64,000 nucleotides of DNA from positions 22,694,001-22,758,000 of the forward strand of contig NC_087252.1 of assembly GCF_037042905.1 (NCBI RefSeq). The letters are read 5' to 3'. This document shows positions 11,401 through 23,400 of the stretch, piece after piece. Made by a program: the position numbers and the translations under genes. The notes under the pieces were generated by a model, which was not told the origin of the DNA, did not search any database, and was given only the letters and a program-made list of their open reading frames with translations. How positions within the stretch are numbered: the stretch's first letter is position 1; each line of letters starts with the position of its first letter. The DNA comes from Lytechinus pictus (Eukaryota).

Positions 11401-14400
11401 CTTGTTATAATGGGAGTCGATTGTAGAATCTGTATTCGATTATTTTGTTATTCCAACAGAAGTTTCCTGTGGGTCGAATAGAATATTTTGATGGTCCAAT
11501 AGAGGTTTTCTGTTGGCCCAATAGAATTATTCTGTTGGTCCAATAGAAGTTTCCTGTGGGTCTAATTGAATATTTTTAATGGACCAATAGAGGTTTTCTG
11601 TTGGTCCAATATAATTATTCTGAAAGTCCAATAGAAGTTTCCTGTGAGTCTTATAGAATAGTTTTTGATGGCCCAATAGAGGTTTTCTGTTGGTCCAATA
11701 TAATTATTCTGTCGGTCCAATAGATGTTTCCTGTGGGTCTTATAGAATATTTTTTGATGGTCCAATAAAGGTTTCCTGTTGGTCAAAAAGAATTATTCTG
11801 TCGGGCCAATAGAAATTTCCTGTGGGTCTAATAGAATATTTTTGATGGTCCAATAGAGGTTTTCTGTTGGTCCAATAGAATTATTCTGTTGGTCCAATAG
11901 AAGTTTCCTGTGGGTCTAATAGAATATTTTTGATGGTCCAATATAGGTTTTCTGTTGGTCCAATAGAATTATTCTGTTGGTCCAATCGAAGTTTCCTGTG
12001 TGTTAAATGGAATATTTTTAATGGTCCAATACAGGTTTTTTGTTGGTCCAATAGAATTATTCTGCGGTCCAATAAAAGTTTCCTGTGGGTCTAATAGAAT
12101 ATTTTTAATGGTCCAATAGAGGTTTTCTGTTGGTCCAATAGAAGTTTCCTGTGGGTCAAATGGAATATTTTTTATGGTCCAGTACCGGTTTTCTGTTGGT
12201 CCAATATAATTATTCTGTCGGTCCAAAAGAAGGTTCCTGTGGGTCTAATAGAATATTTTTGATGGTCCAATAGAGGTTTTCTGTTGGTCCAATAGAGTTA
12301 TTCTGTTGGTCCAATAGAATTATTCTGACAGTCCAATAGAAGTTTCCTGTGAGTCTTATAGAATAGTTTTTGATGGTCCAATAGAGGTTTTCTGTTGGTC
12401 CAATATAATTATTCTGTCGGTCCAATAGAATTATTCTGACAGTCCAATAGAAGTTTCCTGTGAGTCTTATAGAATAGTTTTTGATGGTCCAATAGAGGTT
12501 TTCTGTTGGTCCAATATAATTATTCTGTCGGTCCAATAGAAGTTTCCTGTAGGTCTTATAGAATATTTTTTGATGGTCCAATAAAGGTGTTCTGTTGGTC
12601 AAAAAGAATTATTCTGTCGGGCCAATAGAAGTTCGCTGTGGGTATAATAGAATATTTTTGATGGTCCAATAGAGGTTTTCTGTTGGTCCAATAGAATTAT
12701 TCTGACAGTCCAATAGAAGTTTCCTGTGGGTCTAATGGAATATTTTTGATGGTCCAATACAGGTTTTCTGTTGGTCCAATAGAATTATTCTGACAGTCCA
12801 ATAGAAGTTTCCTGTGGGTCTTATAGAATATTTTTGATGGTCAGATATAATTTTCTGTTGGTCCAATAGATGTTTCCTGTTGGTCCAATATAATTTTTCT
12901 CTTGGTTCAATAGAAGTTTCCTTTGGGTCCAGTAGCAGATTTCTATGGGTCCCATAGAAGTTTCCTGTGGGTCTAATAGAATATTTTTGATGGTCCAATA
13001 GAAGTTTTCTGTTGGTCCAATATAAGTTTTCTGTTAGTCCATTAGAATTATTCTGTCGGGCCAATAGAAGTTTCCTGTGGGTCTAATAGAATATTTTTGA
13101 TGGTCCAATACAGGTTTTCTGTTGGTCCAATAGAATTATACTGTCGGGCCAATAGAAGTTTCCTGTGGGTCTCATAGAATATTTTTGATGGTCCAATATA
13201 ATTTTCTGTTGGTCCAATAGAAGTTTCCTTTGGGTCCAGTAGCAGATTTCTATGGGTCCCATAGAAGTTTATTGTGGGTCGAATATAATTTTTTTGTAGG
13301 TCCAATAGAAGTTTTGTGTTGGTCCAATAGAAGTTTTCTGTTGGCCCAATATAACTTACCCGTTGGTCCAATAGATTTTTTCTATGGGTCAATTAGATGT
13401 TTTCTGTTGGTCCAACATGATTTATATTTAACCAACAGAAATTTTCTGTTGATCCATCAGCATTTTTCTGTAAGTGGATGTTGGTCCAATAGATATTTTC
13501 TAATGGTTCTGTGGGTCCCATATTTCATAAACCATTAGACTCCAACTGCTCTAATGGATTCTGATGGTCCTTTAGGCTATTGGACCCTAATGGAATTTGT
13601 CCTGGGATATAGGCATGACTTTTAAAGTCACACTTTAATCTTTGTGAAACACCCCCCCCCCCCCCCCCATGACAGGACTAGATGACGGGCCTATATACAA
13701 AACTTGCTTGTTTATCTGAAGTAGATGGGAGGAGAAGGTAGACGAAAGATGAAGAATAAAAGTTTCAACATGCCTTGCTTGCATATCTGAATTCCAATCT
13801 GATGAACGACCTTGTGGTGACTTTGACTGGGGATGATCAGGCTGTGGTGGAGTGTCTTGGGTATGTTGTAAATGTTCTTTCTCTAGTCTTCGGATCTTGG
13901 CTGCACTCTGCAAAATATGAAATACGAATGGAGTAACTTTGATAATAGCAGGATGGGTATCCCTGATGGGTATTCATGAAGCTAATTGTAAGTTACAATG
14001 GAATGAACGACTGGTGATCCTTTCTTGTGGTAAAATGACACACACCAACTTTTCATTGGTGTTGATTTACAAGGCTTCCTAAGAATGGGTCATCTGTCGT
14101 TCGTAAAGAGGCTAGCTGCTTGTAACTTACAAACAGCTTTAAGAGACACCAATTAACCTAATGCAGAGAGATGAGGGGAACAATTCAATATTAAATTCAT
14201 TCTTTTTTTTTTTTAATAAAAAAGTATGGGAACTTGAATCTTGTCCAAGTCAAATACTATAAATTCACCTCAAAGACAATTACCTGTCAGGATATGATGA
14301 GAAGTAAACTATGACATAAATGTTCAGGAAGTATCCAGGAATATAGGCCAACATGTATATGACTAGCTAAATAACTTTAGCTTGCTAGTGCCTATGTAGT

Positions 14401-17400
14401 GCCCATATGCTAAGGCATATTGGTATTAACATGGCTAGTGCAAAGGTGAGGGAGAAAATATATTTTCATAATTGTAAAAATTTGTAATATTCATGTGAAA
14501 GGCATTTGTTTAAAAAAATCCACTTGTCAAACTGACCTCTTGTAGATCTGCATGAGCCTTGTTTTCAAACTGGTCCAGGGCTTCAGTTAGGTTGGTCTTG
14601 AACCGGCTGTAGTCCTCGTCGGAGAAGACCAGGCGCTGTTTTATCTTCTCTGGATCGCCATTGTGTGTGCGGTAGTATTTGATGGAGGCTTGTTTGTGGG
14701 AGGCACTGATGTGAAAAAAAATAAAAATAACATAATGTTTAGTTCAATCAAAGAGTTAATTATTGTAGAATTCTCTTCCTGGAGGTGCAATGAATGCAAA
14801 AAAAGAACAACAAAAATTAGATACCTATTTATGTAAGCCTAATATTTCACCATGTTCATCATTGCTTCAGTTGTAAAATGAAGATGGCAGTACTGTCATA
14901 CATGTATACGATAAAAAATATGTACAAAAAATAATAATTGAATAAGAGTGTATAGTTCAATCTGACAGTTAATTAATACTTTTCCGGGGCTGGATCAATT
15001 AAAAATATAAGATATAAGAAATTACGAACCTATTTGTGGAGGTCTAACATTATATGTTAATCATTGCTTCAGTTGTAAAATGGAGATGGCTGTACTACAG
15101 TATATGATATCTTAAAATATTATCATCTGAAAGATTATAGGCCCGCCTACACATTTATTGTATGTTTATGTTGAAATAAAACATAATCAAAACAGTATAA
15201 TATTTCTGATCCAAATTTTCCATCCTGAATTGCTGCTGATGAATTTAATATATTCCAATCTGGTCATTGATATTTTTGGTATGCTTTGTTATTTCATGTT
15301 CATCTTCCCTGCCTGGACTGTAATAGATCATGGGCTACTGGCTATCTTGTCCTTTTATCATTATCTCTTCTTTTTTTAAAGCTTTGTACTAGTACAAATT
15401 ACCGGTTTTTATCTTGTATTTTACACTGTTCCCTTTCCTTTTGTATTAATTGCTGTATGTACCATAAAGTAATATGCAAAGCTCCCCCCCCCCCCCCATA
15501 AACTACCAGAGCTCACCTGCACAAGTGTTCAATAAACATTGCCAATTTGAGTGTAACGAGTCCATCCTGTGCATGCCGGGGAACATCACAGGAACAGAAG
15601 ATACACCAATAGGTGGAGCCCTTCTCATACGACCCTTCAATGACCTCTGGACAACCAATCAGAGCTTCAGCTGCCTTAACCTGCACAAACAAATTGATAA
15701 ATAAATTAAAAGAGATTATAAAGAGGAAAGTTAACAGAGGGGAGGATAATATACCTGTATATTGAATTAGTGATGGTTTAGTGTGTAAGAAAGGTTCACC
15801 AGACGTGCTTGAAGTCGCTCTTAACTTTAATACAAACTTTATGAAATGGCCCCCTGGTTTGAAATTAGGAGACACTGCAGGACAGGGCCCCATTGGATAA
15901 AAGTACGGCCATTTTGCCATCCAATGGCAACTACCATGGTACCGCTGATCAACAGCCAATCAAAATCAAGGACTCCATGCAAGTTACCATTGGATGGCAC
16001 AGTTACTGTAATGGCCACTTTTATGCAATGGGGCCCAGCTAGGTGTCAGTGTTCTTCACTGCTGATCCTAATTATTCAACTTACCATAATAATCAACTTG
16101 CGGTTGTGGACTTCAACAGCCGGAAGAGTAGACAAACATAAATCATAACAAACTAATAATGAAAATGCTTCCTTGACAGAAAGTGATCATGCACATCTAG
16201 TATTCTCATCTTTAAGTTAACAATCGACCTAGTCTCTTTTTAACTTGAACAGTTTGATCTGAACTTTTCTCTCAAGTATTCACTAACTTTCTCATCTACG
16301 ATTCTGTTCTATTCACTGTATTCTTTGGAAAACTTCCCAGTGCTAAAACCCCAGAGGAAAATGTAGAAATGTAGAAAATTTCCTTTCAAAAAGCAAGTTA
16401 GCCTTACTATTCCATGCATGGTTTTTTTTTAATAAAAATTATTTCATGCCCTCTTCCCCCACCTCCCATTTTCTTGAATAGTCTGTGAATTTTACTTTTT
16501 TTCCTTTTGTCCCCCACCAACCTCTTTGAGGGAGAACATGTAGTTGCATGATCATCTTGAATAACCCATTTCCTATAAGTAGTAGGTGTTTTCTTTGGCA
16601 AGGATGTTTAAAAAAAATATGAATTCAGATTTTAGTGTGAACAGTGGCATCCCTGCTCTCTTCTATTATCACACTCCTCTTTATTTCTCTCTCACCCTAT
16701 AACCTCTTCTCTGATCCTCTATCCCTCTCTCTTTATTTCTCTCTCACCCTATACCCCCTTCTCTGATCCTCTATCCCTCTCTCTCTCTTTCCCTCCCACT
16801 CATTCTCATCCTCGATTCCTCTCCCCTAACCTCTATCCCTCCCACACTCCCATCCTCTACCCCCTCTATTCATCCCTCCCCTCTCTCTCTATCTTTCTCT
16901 CCTCCCCTCTTTTCAGTCTTATTTGTACCTTGTAAGTGTAATTCTTACCAATACCCTCCCTTAAAGAGTATCATTTATGTTACTTCACGCCAATGGTATG
17001 TGCATCAAAATAAATTCTTAATCCATAATACATGCGCCTAAAGTTGCTCCCTTACCGTGACGTTGCTCTTTCACATTAACTCTGAGAAACTGGACCAGTG
17101 TATTCGACACCATGCATTAGTCAATGATTTCTCTTTCCAAATAATTACAAATCTCATTTATGCATTAATTTTCCTGGAACCACACTTGTAATTTCTACTG
17201 ATTAATCCATACTTTTCCCAGCACTTAGGAATCCTCCCTTAGTTTAATTCATAGGGCATGTGCTTTCAAGGAAATTTCTTTTCAAACCAATAAGGAAAAG
17301 TAGACAAATACCTTTTCTACCATTTGCAATCGAATAGTTAGAAAAATCAAGATTCCTGTATTATCAGAAATCACAAAAAAGCTTGACCTATTTACATGAC

Positions 17401-20400
17401 AGTGGTCACATATAATGAGCGAGCTGACTCGGTCGAGCGTGTCCCTGTACAGTGCCTATGACAGGCACATCAAGACGGCTGAACGGTCGCAGATGTGGTT
17501 ATCTTTGCAATGGCTTGAAAGAGTATCTCAAATATCTCAAATCAACATCTGGCAAACTTTCGATTAGTGTAAAAAGTAGTAGTTGCAATGGTCGCCGATA
17601 AGTTGGTAAACTGATCGAATTATTGAATTGTTTGGAGCTTTACTCTCAAGCCGAGTTGTGAAACACCTAAATCAATGAATAATGAAGAACTGCCAACATT
17701 ACACACTTAAGCTTATTTTATTCATACTTCTTTGTAAGTAAAGCCCCTTTCACAAATGGTGGTGCGACTGCTTACAACTGTTGCGATTGTGTGCAACATA
17801 TATTGTGAACACCAAGTGAACACAAACGGTCGTACAAGCAATTGTGAAAGCAACTTAGGAAACTTTACATGGGACATATATAACAATACATCATCAATTC
17901 TGAAACAAAGTCAATTTTGCAATGCCAGTACAAATTAGACAGATATAAAATATATACATACATGAAGGGGAAAATTCAGACCATAACATACATTAATTCA
18001 GGACGACATGTAAAGTGGAATTATTTTCAGAACAAAGAAGGTTGCCACAAAAAAATATAGGAGACATTGGATTCACACAGCATTAAAGCAATTTGGTTTG
18101 GTTGTTTCTAATTCAAGGTCTATGTTAACTACATGTATTATCTGGGGGCTTCAAATATGCATGGTAGAGGTTTTACTGACATAGCACCATGTCTGCAACA
18201 TGTACAAGCAATTGCATAGCCCACTGCAACACCTTTTTTTCATTTAAAAAAAAGGCATTGCACAGCCAACATCAGTATGTAGGCCCATATTCTAAAGAGT
18301 TAAACATCAATTATGGTTGAAATTTTTAAAAATGTACACAAAAGGTGCCACTTTTTTCTATGATTGATACTTGTTTGGTTCATCACTATTCAGTATGAAA
18401 ATTCACAATGTCTGAAAGATATCACTTTCCTTGACAAACACAGGAAAATAGCCATGAACTTTCTTCTTTTTGTATTGTAAACTTAAGTTTGATGTGTTTG
18501 GATACTGATAAATTTATGCAGCTGAATGTTGAACCAGATGTCAACCTAAGTCAAAGTTAAATTTCTGTTTATAATGCTAGTTAAGGTCCAATTTTCTGTT
18601 GTATACATGAATCTTGAATCATCATTGTAAACAATGATTGCAATTCGTCTTTAGAATCATCGGACCTTTCACACGCTCACTCGAAAACTGTGATTTGAAT
18701 TTGAATTCTGGAGCGAAGGCGGTATGTGTCCTTGGTGACTTCCATACGATGAGTGCATGACAATTGTATTATCTACTGAAGTGCTTGAAAGGACATGTAA
18801 GCTTCGCCCCCCAAAAGTTTAGAGGTCAAGCCTTTCACACCTGAAATTTGTACCGTACTTTGAGTGAAACTTAAATGAAATTCACCTCCGTAGTAGAATT
18901 TTTCAAATTCGTGATTGTGATTATCATTCGTGATTCTAGTTTGGTTTGATACGTGCTAAAAATTCGTCATTAGCCTTATTTTTCACTGGAATCAACATTG
19001 AAATTACGAAAAAAAAATTTACCGTGTGAAAGGGTGGTAAGTGTCTATCTGCTATGCAGGAATGCTAATTCATGTAACTGCAGTACCTACGGTGCTTGTC
19101 AATTCCATAACCACACCTCAGGATGCAATGTACATGCATCTGTTCTGGCATATGAGCACATATTCTTAACTTGCCGGGTCTAATTTAAATCTGACTCAAC
19201 TATGGAAAGCCAATTGTGACAAATCTCCTAATAATACAGGTTCAATTCATCAGCTCACTTGACACTTGAATCAATCATAAGTCTGGGAATATTATCTAGT
19301 TTTTATTACCATCGAAGCACTAGGAAAGAACATTGGCAGCAAAAGAAACATACAATGTACAAACAAAATATTGCCATTTTCTACTTCCCATATATTCGGT
19401 GGATTCACAATACAGTGCGCCATGCATCTATCGTTTGCGGCGGACAGGCCGAAATTTGCAATGCATCGTGGGGAAAAGGTCGACATCTGTTGCGCACTAG
19501 AGCATAAGCATGCAATATGCTGCACCGGCCGGCCGACGCGGTGTTCGGCCGGTTTGCATAAAATTATGCTGTTAACCAGGGTCCAGGAGGTGGGAGAGAA
19601 ATTTGCCGCATATTTATTTGCGAAATTTTGACTGTTTTTTGTGAAATTTTCCTCCCCTTTTTCCATATGGTTTTCATTTTCGAAGCATCCCGGTCACCAT
19701 ATAGTACACTAGCACTGTACGCTGCCTGCGTGCAATGTTGACCCCAAAGTTAGAAATTGGCCTGTACGCTGCAACCGATAGAGCGCGCACTGTATTGTGA
19801 ATCCACCGAATTGTATCAGAGTCAAAACCTTGCTTACATTGAAGTGAACTTCAGAATACGCACCATAGTATCTTTTAAGAAGGATAATAATAGGCATACT
19901 GTGTAACATAATGTAACCACACACAGGTTTATAAACATAGCCATTACCATTAAATTGATTCATTTGCGACAAAGTGACATTTCTGTATGAAAAACAACAA
20001 AAACAAAAGATGGGGTAAAATGCTAAATATACTACACATATTTGATCCTCATTTTAATTGAATCCGTAAAATTCATTCAATGTTTAAAAACATATTTAAA
20101 TAAGGATAATCATTGAAATAAAAAACAATTTCTAATTTCACTGTGGCAAGGTCAACAAGTGGAACTCAGTTATACATACAATTTTTATAGCAGCAGTGCT
20201 AACTTTGAAAAATAAAAGATTATTAATGTTTCAAAAAAGAGAGAGGAATGGTCCCTTATGTCTTGTTTCTGCTATGCCAGTGCGACAAAATCACTGCCCT
20301 TCGATGGTAATTTATTTTACTCTACGCACATGTTTCTATTACACATGTAATAATTTCTATCTATTTCAGGAAGATAAACTTTAAAAGCTTTTCAGGTATA

Positions 20401-23400
20401 TATACAATTTAAATTTATGAAAATATTTGTGTTCTCAGTTTGAAAAAGAGTCTAACACATATTAGGCAATGCTTTTATTTGAGTGCGTAGTATACAAAAT
20501 GTTTATGAGTGCTATGGACAGAATACTTCATTCAGTGAAAGATGAAATGATCCATTCAACGAGGCGTATTTGAATGGATCATTCATTTCATCTTTCACTG
20601 AATGAAGTATTCTGTCCATTGCACTCAAACATTCATTATTTGGTTCATATGACAACCAAAAATCCTTTCCATTTCATTTACAAATTTGAATAAAAGCGCA
20701 TTCAGTCTGATCGTGGTCTGTTGATTGTCGCATACATTCAACACGCGCACTATACGTGTAGCGCCGGTGGTCTTGGCGCGCGTGCAATGGGCAAAATCGT
20801 ATGGATCCAAATTTGCATGATAAATGGATCCAAAATTGCACAGATGATGTCACTGCAAAATGGGCTGAATGATCAATATCAAACAACCAATCAAATGACA
20901 AGGATCTGTCTATAGGTGTCATATAACAGCCCATATGGGGAGTGCTAAATGGACATAAAAAATACTAAATTAACATCCCTGATATACTTAATTGTTAGAA
21001 ACATGAATGACAATGGAAAACATTTTTACATAGTAAGAGGCAAGTTTTATCAATAGTACTAAAAACAGAAAAGGGATATCATTGTAATATGCACTTGGCA
21101 TAGAAGGATACACATTGTTATAAAGCTTCCATAACCATTTATTTCCCTTCGTTGCTGTCTTTGCTTGAGGAGGAAGGGTAATATTAAAGAACTTTTCTTT
21201 ATATAGTCAACAAATATGTACAAATTATGATTCAAATGTCAGCAAATTATGCCAATATATTCACCGGTGGGGTCTAGCTGGATTAGACACAATGGCCCGC
21301 ATTGTGAAGTCAGGTTTAACTTAGACCATGGTCTAACTCTGTGCTAAAATTATGGGAAGCAAAAAGTGTCAAAATTTGTATTAAGTTGTGTTTCTTACAT
21401 GTATGTTTACTGTGCTATTTCCTGATTCATTGATGGTGAAGACAATCATCTATTTATATACTTCCTAGACAATTATGAATGATTTGAGAGCCAAATGAGC
21501 TGAAATATGATATCTCTACTGTTAGTGATTTATGTAACAATTGGCTATCCATACTTAAACCACAACTTTAAACCCGAGTTTAAGTTAAACCCAACTTCAG
21601 AATACGGGCCATACAACCCCACAATTAAACCTGGCAAGATCCCAGCTACAAGTATGATGTTCAACCAAGAGACAGGGATGTAGTGCAGGGTAAGAAATAA
21701 TTGTCATTTCTAGGGGCTATTTCCTTTTCCACATTGGGACGATTTCAGAAATTGGCGGGATATTACTTTCATTTGAATGGCTACTTTTAGGGGTGAAAAG
21801 TAACTGTGCAGTATTAAAAAGCAAATATTATTCTTCTGCCACAATGAGAATATTGATTTTCCTAAATATTTTCCTTGGAACAGATATTGGGGTGACTCTA
21901 ATAATGGTCGCCCTAAAGCGTGCATTTAGGGGGAATTTTAGGCCGGGGCGAATTGGGCCGTCATGAGGGCGAAATCACCCATCGCCCTCATGTCTTGTAT
22001 TTCCTACGCAGAGTCTAGGCCGGCCTCGAGGCCACATTTAGCCAGCCTTGGCCCCGTCCCGAGTCACATGTTCAAAGTCTATGGGAGAAGGTTTTCTCCA
22101 GTGGACTATTGACTTGGAAGTACTGGCTTTGACTACATCCCTGCTCACGGATATTGTCAGGATTGGAATTGTTCAGCATATCCATAACCCATGATGAGAT
22201 GTAATACATATATTTACAATTTATATTCAATTTTGCATTACGCCATACGGAGCTTAACTCCCTTGTAATGTTGAACTCATCAAATGAGTGAAAATATTCC
22301 CCAAGCTACAAGTATATGAATAACTCAGGCTTAAAGGGCCTACATGTATATTACATTTCAAAGCTAGACAGTGCAAAAAAATGATATGAATATTCACATG
22401 AAAAATTAATGCAATATCTACAGCAAAGTGAACAGGTATCTGACACGAAAGGCTTGCTTCTACTAAAGATCACCCTTTGGAAACTTCCCCTTTCATTTCA
22501 TCTACAATGCTAAATAATATACACTTAATTGGTGGGTGTTTCACTAAAGGTGTTTATAAGTTATGAATCACTTTGCATGTGACTGGTGATTCTTTCTCGT
22601 GCCAAATGACATCCCTACATAGCCGACTATAGCACCTAAGAACAGGTTCCAGTCGTGCGTGAAGTTGAGCAGGGGGGTGTTTCACAAATAGTTAAGTATA
22701 ACCTAGAGTCGCACTTATATGCCGACGCGTATGATTTGAAATGCGCAATCTTATCGATCAATACGCAGTAGTGCGCGTCCTCTTGGCATGATCTGACCAA
22801 TGCGATCATGCCTTTTATACCGCACGCTACTAGGCATTTAAGTGCGACTCTAAGTCATACTTAAGTCTTTGCGAAACACCCCCCCGGATTTATGAAACAT
22901 CCACCAGGTGAGACAAATACTCTGCCGTCCCATGACGAAGGGAATCAACCGGAATTAGTTCCTCAGTTAATGAGGAAAATGTGTCATTGTTTTGTGAAAA
23001 TAGTTGTTGGCTTTTGACGCGTCTGTATTTCACAAATTGGTGACTAAACATGTATGACTCCAAATCCTTTTGCACCATGTAGAGCATACAGAAAATGTCC
23101 CAAAGTATGAAAAAAAGAAAATATGCTACCTTTTGTCGTGAGATGGCAATGTTGATCATTATCTCCCTAATCAATAAACCTTGACTTAAAAAAATCAAAT
23201 TAAAGAAAAAAGCGACAATTATTGAACCCCAAGAAAAAGTTAGCTTATGTGAAAACAGGAATCAAAGAGTAGGATCAATGAAAGTTTGAGAACAATTTGG
23301 CAATTTGAAACCTGACTTGGTGGGTGTATCTTAAAGCTGACACTTCTTGTGTTTCACAATAATCCCTATGTAACCAAATTAGCACCTTTAAATATGTTCC

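Noticed and set aside
11562..13538. Series of repetitive ORFs, and a possible CRISPR-like array
   Set aside because: Tandem minisatellite with no unique spacers, in a eukaryotic intron, with no cas genes.
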